A DNA stretch of 64,000 nucleotides from Felis catus (GCF_018350175.1 NC_058368.1:73038001-73102000); one strand, 5' to 3'. Shown: positions 1 through 14,559, counted from the stretch's first letter. Made by a program: numbers and translations. The notes: generated from the sequence alone by a model not told the origin.

Positions 1-125
1 ACCGGGCTCACTGCTGTCAGTGTGGAGCCTGCTTGGGATTCTCTCTCTCTCTCCCTCTCTCTCCTTCTTTCTCTGCCTCTCCCTCAACTTGCACTCTCTC
101 TCTCTCTCAATAATAAATATTTAGA
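1..125 (+). mobile_element. CAN-SINE, 3' part (cut by window edge)
   Basis: ctgtcagtgtggagcctgcttgggattctctctc motif, (CT)n tract, aataaa tail. Confidence 0.9.
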
Positions 126-133
126 AAATCAAT

Positions 134-375
134 GGGGGTTCCTGGGTGGCTCAGTAGGTTAGGTGTCCAACTTTTGTTCAGGTCATGATCTCATGGTTCG
201 TGAGTTTGAGCCCCACGTCAAGCTCTGGGCTGACAGATCACAACCTGGAGACTGCTTCAGATTCTGTGTGTGTGTCTCTCTCTCTCTCTGCCCCTCCCCC
301 ACTCACACTCCGTCTCTGTCTCTCTCTGTCTCAAAAATAAATAAACATTTAAATAAATAAATAAATAAATAAATA
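134..375 (+). mobile_element. CAN-SINE (SINEC_Fc-like), full length, directly after the previous SINE tail
   Basis: gggggttcctgggtggctcag head (A box), gagtttgagccc (B box), CT tract, (AAAT)n tail. Confidence 0.95.
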
Positions 376-479
376 ACTCACAGTCTATCAAGTAAACATA
401 TAAGTATAAATCAAAACAGAAAGAGTCTAATAATCGAGCTCTAATAAAGGTATAATGGGGGCACAATCTTAACAAAACT

Positions 480-1310
480 TTGGATATTCCCTCTCATACC
501 TGTTCTTCCACAGTTTTCCCCATTTTAGTATGTGAAAGTTCCACCCTTCCAGTGGCTCAGGCCAAAACTGCAGACTCAGCTTTCTAAGATTTAGGCAAAT
601 TCTGTAGGTCTTTACCTTCAAACTATGGTTCACCCCCTTTATCACTACCAGCCTGATCCAAGCCACTGAACATAGATCAACTGAATCTCTGAAGCAGTCT
701 CCTGACCTCCACTCTTGCCTCCTTCAGCAGCAGACTGACTCTTCTGAAACTTAAGCCAGATGGAGTCACTACTCTGCGAAGACCTCTTCAGAGGCTCCTG
801 TCTCATTTCAAGTAGCGGCCAAAGTTCCATAAAATTGACTACAAGGTGCTACCTGCTCTAGCCTTCTGTTACTTCTCCAACCTCACCACCTTCTCATCTC
901 CCCTCACTCTTGACTGTGGCTCCAGCATTGTCTTTGCTGGTCTGGGCATGTGCCAGGCTCCCCCACCTCAGAGTTTTTGAACCTGCTCTTTCCTCCATGG
1001 GAGACGTCCCACACAGCCTCTGTCCTCCTCTCCCTGAATTCTTACCTCTCTCACCTTCCCTGATCCCACCTCACACCATCCCCTTTCCCTTTCCTTCTTT
1101 GTTTACTGAAGCATTCCTCACTGTCTAATACATGATATCATTTTTTTTTTTTAATTTGGCTGAATTTTGTCTAGCTTCCGGACTCTAGAATGAAAGTTCC
1201 CTGAGGACAAGGATCTTTATTTGTTCTTTTCACAGCTGTCTCCCCAGCACCTATAACAAAGCCTGGCCAAATGAAGAGCTCAAATTAAATTGCTGGACAA
1301 ATGCATAAAC
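480..1310 (+). mobile_element. LINE-2 (L2a-like) 3' fragment
   Basis: L2 3'-end motifs tagaatgaaagttccctgaggacaagg...cccagcacctataacaaagcctggc...aaattgctggacaaatgcataaa. Confidence 0.7.
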
Positions 1311-1629
1311 TTAGAAGATCATCTCTGGTTCAACCCCTTAGTTTTGTAGATGAAATATCTGATCTTCCTACCTGAAAACAAAGTCAGATGTGAGAGTCTC
1401 CCGTGTCATTCTGTTTCCATGATTTCACAGAAAGCCTAGAAACTTCAACACAACACTTATCGTTGTTGACATGCAAAAGAATAAAGTCTGTGATAAACTG
1501 GGTTCTTGGATCTTTGTCATCATGCTGACTTTTAATCTGTTTTTTAATTGGTTTCCTGTCAAGTTTTTCAACATTTATACTCCAACCATTAAATAAACTA
1601 TGTATTTCCATTCTTGACTACAAAAGTAG

Positions 1630-1903
1630 TAGACAAATTTTCCACTTGTATGAGATACCTAGAAGAGTCAAATTCATAAAGACAAAAAAGTAGAATGGTG
1701 GTTTTCAGGGGCCAGGGGGTGGGGAGGGATAGGCATTTGTTGTTTAGTAGGGACAGACTTTCAGTTTGCAAGATTTGGAAAGAGTTCTGGAGAGAGATGG
1801 TAGTAATGGCTGCACAACAATGTGACTGTACATGTAAAAATTATTAAGATGGTAAATTTTATGTTACGTGTGTTTTAACACAATTAAAAGTAAACATAAA
1901 AAA
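1630..1903 (+). mobile_element. Old L1 3' end (L1MB-like)
   Basis: tccacttgtatgagatacctagaagagtcaaattcata...aagatggtaaattttatgttacgtg...acaattaaaa. Confidence 0.8.
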
Positions 1904-2727
1904 ATTAGAAGGTCATTTTCAGCACTTTTTAAATGGCTAGGTATTAAAGAGTTCAGAATTATTCTCTCAAGTTCTATACATATTGTATTTATACATACAC
2001 ATATATGTGTCATATATATGTATGTCAGACATATTAAATGCATATTACCCATAAATTATATCTGGGATTACAAAAGTTAATGGCTTCGTATCTCCCCAGT
2101 GGAGTACATGAGTTATAATATATTGAAATTTGGAATCACACTTAATTTTCTGTAGCTAAAGAGTGTATACAAAATACCCTGAGAGTCAGTGAAGATATAA
2201 AACATTGTTGAGTGAGAGAAATCAAAATCTTCTGTGATTCTGACCAAAATGAAATAAAAAATATCAAAAATTTTTATTCTCATTTTTCATGTGTATCTAT
2301 GTCAACAATTTAAACATACAAGATGCTGTCCACATTCATACTGAGAGAGCCCCAAAGAGGGAGATCTCTCCTGTCTACCCAAAACCATGTATCATGTAAC
2401 CATGTAATTTGATAATTATCTGATCCATAAATTTAGTTTATTCACAAATTCTATTGCATATATACACAGCAAATTTCTGAAACAGAAGTCAAAAAAACAT
2501 TTGGCAGCATTTATTCATTTGGAAATTATATTTTTGGATTTATTTATATTTCTTGTAATATTTAATCATGCCAAATAATAACATTTATTAATCATGTAAG
2601 ATAATATTAAAATTCCAACATGTCATTAAAGTTTTACAAATGAATAAATTAAAAATCATGAATAATTCATACATCTAATCTCCAATGAGCTAGGAATATA
2701 ACCAAATAAAATTATTCACTGATCACC

Positions 2728-2880
2728 ATTGTTACTCAAAGCTTGGTCTGGGGGTCAGCAACACCCAGGTGACGTGGAATATTTGTTAGCTGTGGAGAAT
2801 CTCAGGATCCCCCAGACCTCATTTAGCAAGAGTCCCCATGAGATTTGTGTAACTCTAAAGTTTCAGAAGGACCACCCCAG
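2728..2880. mobile_element. MER5-like hAT DNA transposon fossil
   Basis: ttactcaaag...gagaatctcagg...aagtttcagaaggaccac resembles MER5 body and termini. Confidence 0.55.
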
Positions 2881-4322
2881 GGATATATATAGAGATATAA
2901 TGAAATTTTGATTTTTAAGTGGTTTTCTTACCAAATTTACGACCATGGGGGATATGAATCAAAAAAGGACATTTGTTTATTTTTCTGATATCTTGATCCC
3001 TTATTTCTTAGCTAGTAAAACAAACTTTCTGGAGAAAAGTGTGTCTGTTTAGCACAACTGGATATTTCGACGTAGGATCCTTGTCCTTGAACTTTGGGAT
3101 AGTCAGGTTGGAGATGAGAATAGGGAGAAGTAATTAGGAAGGGCCTAAAATAAAGTTTTCTCCAGAAAGAAAATGCTGCAAGAGACTCAGGAAGAATTCT
3201 GCATATAGCAATTAACCCATCAATACTTACTGACCATTTTCTTTTCCTATCCTTGTTGTAAGCATACAAATCGATTCAAAGAGTAAAAATCCTGGCAGGA
3301 ATAGGTCAAAGTGTATTGCCCTGGGAAACCGGACAGTACTCTGAGGGCTTTAAAGTAAGTAGAACTCTCCTAAGGAGTGGGAAGAAGAGCCTCAATTCTG
3401 GACTGTTTGCCACCCCTTCCCCAGCATGGACCATGGCATCCACAGTGACCACATCACAGGCTTACCCCAGGACCATCCCCCTCTAGGAAAGAAGTCCTGT
3501 GAGATAGAGTTAGAAGTGTGCCTGGTGCCCAGGACAGACTCTGAATAAAAAGAAAGAGGGCAAGAGCATTTTCTTTCTGCTGGTATCAATGGCTGTGTAG
3601 CATGTCAGCATGAAGAGAGTTCCAGAACCCTCCGTGTGCTGCCCAGTCTGCAGCAGGCAATGGGGATACTTAGTTCACTCGTGCTCAACTGAGTTCATCA
3701 GACACCAGAGAAAACTGGGCTGGTGGACACTGGCCCCCACTCGCTATGCCTCCCTACTGGAGGGACATGGGAGGGGCAGTGGAGGAGTACAGGTGCGCAG
3801 AGCTGTGGGAGCTTGGGGCAGTGGCCCATCCTCCATCTCCTGTGTTGCTCCCATGACTCCAGTTCTCCTGTGTGTCCTCATTTGGCAGTTCTCTTCCCAA
3901 ATAAGACCTAGAGAAGGAAGTGCTGCAGGCTGCACTCTTGTAGTCTGTCGGTGCTCAGCCTCCCATGAGGAAGACTTTTCTCACACTTGGTAGCTCCTCA
4001 GAGACCTTCCTGCACACGTTTACCCATAATTAGGGACCCTAGACACTCATGTTCTTTCTCTGAGCACATCCGAAAAAATTACTCCATACAAGCCATGGGT
4101 TTGTGGGCACGGGTTTCCTGCAGAGGGCATTGGGCCCCCAGTGCCTTTCTCCAGTGCCAGGGAAAGTCCTGGAGAGATTCTGCAAGGGAGTAAGTCCAAT
4201 GGCATAGTGGCCATTCCTCATCAGTGCAAGCAGGGCACTACCACCCCTTTGAGAAGTGGTGAGTGTCACACTCTAACTTATTTTGAAAGGGAGGGACAAC
4301 CAGCTGGAGCTAACTGTATTTC

Positions 4323-4460
<138 letters not shown>

Positions 4461-5149
4461 GTGCTAACTGTATTTCAACAGAACCAGTATTTGCACCTAT
4501 TTCTAAACCATCTGGGATTTTTCCCTTTTAGAAGGAAAGAATTCCAAATCTGATTCAAATCAAGCAAGAAAAATTTTTAAAAAGGTAATATTACCAACAA
4601 TATTTAAGTCATCTAAGCCATAAATGAAATATATTTTTAAATTGTTTTCAGTCTTTCAAGGTAAAAATTTCAGTGTAGAATTAACACCCAAAAACTCTGA
4701 TCTTCTACAAATTCACAAACAACAATTACAAATCTAAAACATCTCTTAAAAGTAAAGTGTTGAATTCAAGAGCAAAGTGATTTGATTTACAATTAGAGAT
4801 TGTGATTTGGATCACGTATAATGAGAAATCAGTGTGTTGGCATCCACTCTGAACTAGTATTAGGGACACATATTACCTGAATAATCATGTTTCCAAGATC
4901 TACTTAAATTTTAATTATGCAGTTATTTATACTCCTCCCAGATCTAGTTAATCACCACTTATGTGCCCAGCTTGTGTATTAATGGGCGACACTTTCTTTA
5001 TCATCATTAAATTGTCTCTTAACTAAATTGACATGCTTTACTAAATGAAATAATTGGGACATAAGAAATTCATATTGTAAAACTGCACCAGGTCAAAATA
5101 CTGTGAATTATGCTAAAGAGATTATTTAACAAGAAAATATGACTGCTTT

Positions 5150-5328
5150 GGGGCACCTGAGTGGTTTAGTCAGTTAAGTGTCGGACTCACGGCTCATGGG
5201 TTCGACCCCAACATCGGGCTCTGTGCTGACAGCTCAGAGCCCGGAGCCTGCTTCAGATTTTGTGTCTCCCTCTCTCTCTGTCCCTCCCCTGCTCGTGCTC
5301 TCAAAAATAAATAAATGTTTAAAAAAAA
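5150..5328 (+). mobile_element. CAN-SINE with a short internal deletion; TSD present
   Basis: ggggcacctgagtggtttag head; TSD aagaaaatatgactgcttt / aagacaatatgacagcttt. Confidence 0.95.
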
Positions 5329-6447
5329 AAGACAATATGACAGCTTTAAGAGAATGAAATAAAGGTTAAACCAATGATTAACAAATACCAAACTTCAAGC
5401 TAAAACAGGTTGCAGGCATTTTTCTAGAGACAATTAAAAATGTGTTTAATATAAAGAATGTTTCCATCATCTGTACTATCTTGTGTATCCTGTCTTTCTC
5501 CATCCATGTAAGGTACAAAGATATTTTCTTTCTGGGATGTTATTCTAAATTACAAGAGATGCACATTTCATCGACATGCCTGGCAAGAGATATTTTCCAG
5601 TGAAAATTCATTTACATATCTCCTATTTAAATCAGGTATCTTTCTGACATTTCAGAAAAAAGCTAAAATTCCCTTTGCCTTTCTTGAAGACATATTTATG
5701 GACATAGTTTATAATAATGTAAATACTTAGAATGTGTCATACTCATACCTTCACCAGAAGTTTCCCCATATTGTTGTTATAGCCGGAAGTGAGGTTAGAA
5801 ATAGACACAGGTGATCCAGCCAACAGCCGGGGTCATTGATTCATTTTTAGAGAAAATTGGCAAAATATTTCGTTTCGTTTCGTTTGAAACTCGTTAATGT
5901 AATTTAAACTATGAAAAGAGCTTACGAATGCTTTTACACGGATTTTCCCTTAGCTCAGATACATGTCTGTGTGGCTAGTTTATGTCTATACTTAGAAAGG
6001 GAGTACACAGAGAATAAAATGTAAGTAAGCTATTGAAAAGAATACCTGACTGAATATAATTTGTACACACATGAACTATTTTGCTCATCAGCGTGGCATC
6101 ATGGAAGACAGGGTGGGGTCAAAAGACTATGGAGCTGAGAGAACACTTCATTTCAGCTGAAGGTGGGGAAAAGGATAAATCACTTGCTGGTAATGAAACT
6201 GGTAAGTCATAACACCAAGATTCCAGCCCAGGTTTGCCAGGGTGCAAAGCCCTGGGTCAGCAATTGCAATGAATAAATTTCTATTAACTGGTTACTGTAG
6301 ATTCTTCCCATTCATCATATTCTGGGAAGCAGGGCTTTTTTTTTTCTTTTAATACATCGATACATATTTGATGTGTTATTTTTCAAATGAGCTAAAGACA
6401 ATAGACATTAAGATTCAAGTTATGTCTGGTCTACTCATGCTGCAGAA

Positions 6448-6583
6448 CAGTGTTTCTCAAACCTTAATCCTGTTTAAATGATCTAGAATGTTGATCCACT
6501 AGGTCTAGGGAGGAGCCTTCCTAGCAAGCTCGCAGGTGATGCTGACGCTGCTGGTCCAAGAGCCACACAGAGCAGCAAAGCTA
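6448..6583. mobile_element. MER5A-like hAT fossil, internally deleted
   Basis: cagtgtttctcaaac start; caggtgatgctgacgctgctggtcc. Confidence 0.7.
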
Positions 6584-7060
6584 TGGAAGACTACAACCAA
6601 TTTTCCGCTTTGGGATTTGAATGAGGTTGACTTAAATTGCTAAATTGGGTGTATGCACTTGTAGCATTAGCTGCACATCCAACACAGTGACCACCTACAA
6701 GCTGAAAAAGAGATGGAGTTAATGAAATAAGGCTCTTATCTAAGAGAGCTTCCTTTGGCTTCCAGAACTACTCCAAACAAATGGAACTGCTAAATGGCCA
6801 AGAAAATCTGGACACGGTTTTACTAGCGTCTAAAACGCATTATTTACTTTTCTTACCGCAATCCCTCCAACATTTTCTTAATTATTTTTTATTCTTCACC
6901 CACTCCATTAGGCCACCTTCCAAAAGGGGGAAAAGAAACTCCTCTCCTCCAACAAAAATTTTAAGAAAATACACCTTTGAAAAAATGTCAGTGGAAGCAG
7001 GAAAGTCTTCCCAAAACACATCATTAGGACTGAATAATCTAGAATATAATTTCACAGGGA

Positions 7061-7298
7061 GGGGTGCCTGAGTGGTCCAGGTGGTTGAGCATCCGACTTT
7101 GGCTCATGTCACGATCCAGGCCATGATCTCGTGGTTCGTGGATTCCAACCCTGCATCAGGCTCTGTGCTGACAGCTCAGAGCTTGGAGCCTGCTTTGGAT
7201 TCTGTGGCCCCCTCTCTGCCCCTCCCCTGCTTGTGCTCTCTCTCTCTCTCTCTTTCTCTCTCTCAAAAATGAATAAACTTTGAAAATTAAAAAAAAAT
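7061..7298 (+). mobile_element. CAN-SINE
   Basis: ggggtgcctgagtgg head, CT tract, A tail, TSD tcacaggga. Confidence 0.95.
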
Positions 7299-9737
7299 CA
7301 CAGGGAAAACACAAAGGATATATTAATATTTTACTCTGATTAGAAAAAAGACCCTTTCTTTCAAAGGAACACTCCCAAAATGTGCTATTTTACAATGGAA
7401 ACTTTAACACAATGCATCTACCACTTCAACAGCATCAGCCAGCCCATCTCAAGGATATTACCAGAAATGCTGGTGTCTTTCTTGTACCTGCGTTATCATG
7501 TTTTTATCAGCCTCCTGGGGAGAAAATCCTTCTTACAGATAACATACATAACTTTCAGCAAGATTGTGAACAGGAGCTCAGAGGTTACAGATAAAATATC
7601 TCTATGTATAGCAATCTTAACTCAAGACAGAATATAAAGCATATGGCCAACCAAATGCAGTCATTCTGTTATCCTTGCTACTCCCTGCTCCATAAAATCA
7701 TGCTTTCCTTGGCTCACACGTTATATAATAAAGGCTTGTCTTCACTCTGAAAAACACGTCTTCCCTTCCTACCTGTCCTATATAACATTGCCCAGCTAAA
7801 ATAAACATATTCAGCAAATCTGAGAGTGGATATTTGCATCTTTTAGAAACAATAGACCACTGTTGTGTGTTTCCCACTACATCCAGTCCCAGTCTCTTCT
7901 GTCACAAAGTAGCATCATAGGACATGCACAGCCTTTAAGTCCAGTGATGGCAGCCCCAGGTCTCCCCAGCTAGAGACCATTCTTTAGGTGCTCCTGGGTG
8001 AACGGCTACAGGGAAGGAAGATGAGGAAGGCAAGTAAACCCCTACCACAGGATAATACATGTAAATTCCAGAAGGCCTGAAGATCCTAACATCAATAAAA
8101 TTAGGAGAAATAATACATTAGAACAATTTTTACCCTCTTACTGGGGAAAGTGTTATCAAAATATATAGAAGTCAAATGTTTAAGGTCTACAACAGGAAAA
8201 GCACTCACTTCTCCACAAATCATTAAGAGAATGGTAAACAACGCAACATAAAAATGGGCAAAATTTCTGAAAAGAAATGAAAAGGTCCAGTATAAAGAAG
8301 TAAGATTTTCAGTACCACAAATGTGGAAAATATGAATTAAAAGAATTGAAGGCTGTATTTCCCACCAGATTGACAATAACCTATGTTGGATGATTCTAGA
8401 GAAAAAGGCATTCTCACACATCCTGGCTACAGGACTGTCTCTCTCAGGCAACACAATGCCCATTTTATTCTTTGCATAGAAAGAACAGCCTACACATGTG
8501 TGTGAACCACCCTGCAATAAAGGGAGCACAGTTCCAAACTCCATATCCCTTTACCCTACAAATAAGGAATTCTAGGGGTCACTTGATACCTTCACTTTCC
8601 CAGGATTGTCCTGGAATTGCACCCTATATGATCCATGCAGCCAAATACGGCAACCCTCTTCTTTCCTCATCATAAAAGTCCTCTTTAGAAGAAACAACAA
8701 TAAAGTTAAAAGATGCAGATTTCTTTGTTGAGTATCAGTCAAAAGGAACTGGGACAAGCAACAAAGACAGCTCAGAATCTCCCTGGAGTTAGGCTAGAGA
8801 GAAAATATCTGTCCACCTGCTTTGCTAATTTGAGCTCAAGAACTTCAACATGGAGATAGTCTATTTTTTTCAATTATTAAAAAAGTTCTTTCCATGAGTA
8901 GCAGCCAACCTGTCCTCCCATTACCTACAGAACAATCCACTTAATGAAGAAGGAAAGTGTTTGTTTGGAGTACAATGAGGATAGACAAACCACTGGAGAC
9001 AAGCCTTTGCCAATGAGAAGCCCTAAAGCTCTGAACCAGCAAATAGCTCCTGCCAGGGAGTCTTATTTTTAGGTAGGAAATAATTTTCTACAAGCCGTGC
9101 AAGTTCTGCTTGCTTCGTATTTAAGATTTAAAGAATCTTTATTCCAGGCAATCTGAAAATGGAAAATAAACTAAATGCTCTCTTCAGGCCCTGAGACCCC
9201 AAAGTGGTATTGGTAGCTTTTGATGACAGGAAACCAAGCCCTTCCTCCTTCCTTTCATTGGCCTTAATTTCAAGTCTAAAGCATTTGTATAATGAGCATT
9301 ATCAGAATAACCTAATTTGAGAGCCTAAACTAAAATGAAATACATGTAAAAGATTTGTAAACTGAATAAGTAAGTTTTGAGCTCACAGAGGTCTTAGCCA
9401 GCCCCACATCCACCACCTCCACTTTCTCTTTTTCCTCCTCACTCTTCGGGCAATAGTGGAAATATTACATTTAAATGTCATATTTAAATGTTTATTTATA
9501 TGTTAAATATATTTAACATTTAATATTGAAAGGTGCTTAAATCTGTGACTTTGACAAAAAGAACCTGGTAAGCAGGAAGAGCCAAGCCCTGGCCATGCCA
9601 CAAAGTGACATGATGGCGTTTCCTCTGGTCATATCCACTTTGCATATTTAGCCTTTGCCCTTTCTCCCTTTCTCTTTGCTTGGAAACATATTTGTTACAC
9701 CAATCATATCTTTTTAGAGTAACATTCCTTCCATCGT

Positions 9738-10190
9738 GTGGCAGATTGCTAGCTTTGCATCGGAATCAATTCTTTGCTCTTGCCCTGGGCACATGGCTGC
9801 ACAGCTAGATTGTATTTCCTAGGCTCCTTTGCTGTTGGGCACATTATGACTAATTTCCTATCAGTGGAAGGGAGTGGCAATGCATGCCACTTCCACATCT
9901 TGGCCATAAGACCATGGGCATGCAATCCACCATTCTTTCTTTCCCATTTCCCACAGACTAGAACAGGGATATAACAATGACCCAACTATAACCGTGAATA
10001 TCATGACAAACCCCAGAAGAGATAGAGTAACAATACGGAAAGAACCTGGGCCTATGGATAACCTCCCAAAGCAGAGCTACGCGATCACAGGAAATTGGTT
10101 GGACTATTACAGAAGAAGTAAACTGTGGTCAAGTGACTGTCGTTTGGAGTCTTTCTGCCATAGCAGCTTCTCCTTTACCTTAACCCAAAG
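9738..10190 (+). mobile_element. ERVL-MaLR solo LTR (MLT1J-like)
   Basis: Starts tgtggcagatt; tatttcctaggctcctttgc, ggaaagaacctgggcct and ttggagtctttctgccatagcagc motifs. Confidence 0.7.
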
Positions 10191-13100
10191 TGTGGTAAAA
10201 TGGTAAGGAGGCAGGCTAGCCATGGTTTAAATTCAAGCTCTCACAAATACTAGGCATGCTACTTAATTTTGCTGTAATGCATGTAACACAAGGATGAGAC
10301 CACCCAGCAGAGGATGCTGCCATAAGTGTTTAGTCTGGAAATCCAGTGGATACTAGGCATTCAGCAAGGGTGGAGCTACTAGAAGCTACTAGTTAGTTCA
10401 TTAACCTTAATGAACACATTCACATACAACAGCGGTAAACAAACAACAGTCCTTCTCACTACAACACTAGTACAATCCTTTGACAACTATGTTGATGAGA
10501 AATCCTTCATTTCAAATCCCACTGTGGCTCCTACTTTTGAGTCATCTAGACTCCACTGATGCTACTGAGTGCTTTTCTTACTCTCATCCATACCTCCACA
10601 CCATCTGCACTGGGATGTTTTCTTCCCCGTAGAAGCCCCTCGCCATTATATTTAGAAAGTGCCAATTCTTTATCTGCAATGGCCGCAAAGTTTCCCCTAT
10701 GTTCTGGGTGTTTAGTGAGAGTTCTGCTAAAGGACACTTACATCTTCCATGTGTCCTGTGAAATCTAAACTGGTACTTGTTACTCTGGGGCCATATTTTC
10801 TCAGAATTTGTAGAGCACTGAAGATCTGCACTGGGTCTGAATTCTGCTGCATTTTGGATTCAGTATTTGGTCCCGAGTTCTTCCTCCATATGAAAAGTGT
10901 AACATGCGGGTTGGGTGTGAAATAAAAATCTCATCCACCGTGCGCAGGAATCAGGAAGCAATGGCCCCTTCAAGGCAGCTCCCATATCTGGTTTCTCAGA
11001 ACTTTACTCTTTGGCCAATTCATACACACACAATTACATGATGTTAAAAAAAAAAGCTCAGCATTTTAAAGTAAAAAAGAAAAAAGTTGATCTTAAAATT
11101 ATATTATCAAGTTAAAAAGTTTTGAAGCTTTTTGCAGAAACAACAGATGAAAGAGCTGAATGTAAATACATCAGGGGAATCTATGAATTACCTTGAGTCC
11201 TTTAGGCTTTTCATACTATGGCACACAAGAAGATGACTCTTTTAATTAGGTACAAATTAGGGGTGTCACTTGATCATTCATTGGTTACTTGACTACCCAT
11301 GGCTTTGGGAAGCAAATATATCTTCTTGTAAAATAAAAGATATTGAAAATAACAGTGAAATGTGCCTGATCCCATGCAGTGAAGAAAACTATGCCCCAGT
11401 CCTGGCAGAAGCTGTGTGGACAATTCCCTTCCTGTGAATATCCTAGGATAGAAGAATACCCTTTCTAAGGAAAAAACATATATGTGTCTATATGAACACA
11501 CGTAAGTGCACAAGGAAAAAAAATGGTTAAATGCATCTGAATCAGGGAATGAAATAACTTCACAGTAATAGCCCTTCAAACATGGCAGAAAAACCACCAA
11601 TTTATTCTTATTACATGAAATGTGGAAACTACCAACTACATCTAGTCAACGTCAAAAGGAAAGAAAAGAAAAGCAGTTGCTCCCCACTTAAGGAATGGCA
11701 CAGAGATATTTATTTCATCTTTTCTTCAGAAACCCCAACCAGTAGGCAAATCAAGCTTGCATGTTCCCCTTCTTTAATTGATCGCAGTGCTTTCCCCTGC
11801 CTGCCTGAACTTAGGTGAGTTATTTAGTCATATCTAAAAAACAGACATGATCCGACTTGAACCACCTCTCCCAAAGGGTACTATAGGAATTACTCCAGAA
11901 GAGTCAACAGAGGTATGTCTTGGCAAACTTAAGGCACATTAAGTATTCTTAACACAACAAAAATAATAATAATAATAAAAGACAATTTTTAGTTAGAAAG
12001 CACAGAGAACAATTACTGAAACTTTTCTTTGAAGTATTTCTAGTGAGTCTTCACAAAATGTAGACTCTTTCACTAGGGAAGGGACCATATTGGTCTTACC
12101 TACATTTGGATGACTAGGGCTTAGCAAAGGGCCTGATATAGAGCAGGATTTGATAGAATGGTTCCTAACTGAAGGAATGAATTGATTAAATAAGTCATGA
12201 CCTTGGAAATAGAAAAAAATTACTCATAATGTCTAATTCAACTATTCTTAACATTTTTGTATCATTTCTTCTAGCTTCTATTACTATAGGGCCCTTATGA
12301 AAAAAAATATAGAATATGATAACAATAATAACACTTACTGAACACACATTATCCACTAGAGTAAATCAACAGCTGACAGCATTATCTCATTTTATAAACA
12401 TGTGTTTAATAAACTGCATGTGTTAGAGCCTTCTTTTATCCTCAAAAAAATGGAATTGGTATATGGATTTAAGGTATCATTGATGCCCCAAATCTCATCT
12501 TTGTTCAATATTCAAGGTCAGAGCCATGTGCAGGAGAGATCCACTGCATCCAATTCAAAAGTGTAATAAGGAAAACATTAACTTAGCAGCTTAAAATCAA
12601 TTAAAATTTCATACCTTCATTTTTTCCTACTTACTACTTGAAAAATACCTGCAACTGAATATAGTAATAGTCTATAAAACATTACAAATGTTTTGTTTTC
12701 TTCCTTTCTTTTTAAAACAGATTATGTAATAGGTGAACATTATCATTTTACTTCATCTTAGAAAAGAAGTGGGACACAGAAAGGTCAAGGTATCTTGCCA
12801 AGATATCCAGCAGGCTGATGGGAGATTTATTCCCAGAATCCATCTCTCCTTAATTTCTAAACTACTGCTTTCGTTGCATGACCTCTCAAAAAAGTTAACA
12901 ACAATCATAATAAAAATGAGCACTGAAAAAGCCAATGTTCATCCATGTTGTAAAGTTGCAGTGAAGATAATGTTGTTGAGATTTCCAAATATCAATTGGT
13001 CCTCAAATGTTGAACTGACAAAGGAAAGCAAACAGTACTTCACAAACGTATGTGTCAACTTTTTAAATCAAAATGAGTTGGGAAACGCTCATGTTACTCC

Positions 13101-13259
13101 ACACGTGTGCAGAAGCACTTGAAAGACATGGAGGTGGCTCTGGTAGAGAAGGCAGAGCAAAATGGAGACAGAGAAACATGAACCCCAGTTACCCTTGGGG
13201 AAAAGTGAGGACACTTCCCACCCAGGTTTGTTAGACCAATTATGATCAGCTCTATTACG

Positions 13260-14500
13260 TTTCAATCAATCAACATTAAATAAGCATATACTCCATTTGC
13301 AGGGAACTGCATTCAGCATTATGGGATGTATATAGAGAAGTAGAAAACATTTTCCTGTCTTCTAGACTCTTAGAAGTTACTAATGTGCACTTCTTTACCA
13401 ACTAAAATAAAATGAGGAAACAGACAAAATGAGGAAATGCTATAGACAGTCACAGTTATAGAAGTTTAGAGTTCTTGTACACTCCTTAAGATATTCAAGA
13501 TTCAATACTCAAGAGGAGAGTGCTGGGAAACAGACTTCATGTGTTCTGTATGAAAATGTGGAGGCCTGTGTGACTCCAGCACAGTGTCTGCATTAAAGAA
13601 TAAGTGAGCGGAGCTTTGGAAAGGAGAGGAAGGTGGGGCCAGATTACAGAGTTTTGCTTTCCAGGCCAGGTTTCGACTTAATTTGAAAGGAAATTGTGAG
13701 ATATGTTTTGAACCAAGGATGAACAGAATCAAAGTTATGTTTTAGGTTGATTTCAAGTAAAACAATGCAAAACATCTTAGGTGCAGGAAGAAAACTGGAA
13801 GCAGAGAAAAATGTGCAGACCAGTCCCTCGGGATATCAAAAAATGACTGAACAAGATATGGAAAGAAAGAAAAAAGCCAAGAACTGTTGAGACTTCATGA
13901 CTGATCATATATCAAGCAAAGAAACAAAAGAAGTCCAAACACTGACATCTCAAGCCGAGATGAGCAAGAGAGAAACAGTGCCACAGACAGACTAAGTAGC
14001 CCTGGAAGGAATGTCCTGGGAAGGAAATAATTTGGTCTAGGATATATGGAGTTCTAGGAACAGCAAGGCATCTATTCAGAAACATGTATTGTCCATGGGA
14101 CATATTTATCTAGGGCCTTGTAAGTGGAAACCAGGAGGGCCTTCAAGCCCTGAGGTGAGAATTAAGAGCATCTATTACAACAGGTGAGATTTCCAGGAAA
14201 AGCAAAAAGACTAGCAAAGGACTGAGAGATTATGCTTGTATTATTCCCTTACTGGAGAACAAAAAAGAGAAGACAAAGTGAAGTGGTTAGAAAAGTAGAG
14301 AGAAAACTTGACAGTATACAATGTCACAATTGAAAGGGAAAATTTTGAGATAAGTACTGAAGATAAATACACAGACCAGAAAGAAACTGGTGATCTTGCA
14401 AATAGCAGTTTTGCAGAACAATGGTATAAGTCATTGAGGACTGAGGACAAAATAGATGGAGAGAAATGGAGGCTATGTGTGGAAATCACAATCTATTCAG
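13260..14500 (-). mobile_element. Highly diverged L2 fragments, antisense
   Basis: tcaatcaatcaacattaaataagcatatactcc (reverse L2 tail), then a purine-rich antisense L2-like body. Confidence 0.55.
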
Positions 14501-14559
14501 AAAATTCCAGTATGGTACTGAGAACAGCATGCATGCGTGTGTCTCTCAGGAGGTATCTT

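Noticed and set aside
2050..2700. Possible hAT transposase-derived AT-rich segment
   Set aside because: I could not match termini or peptide motifs by eye.
7488..7514. 27-nt minus-strand mini-exon (EADKNMITQ)
   Set aside because: Weak donor (gtacaa) and no recognised homology.
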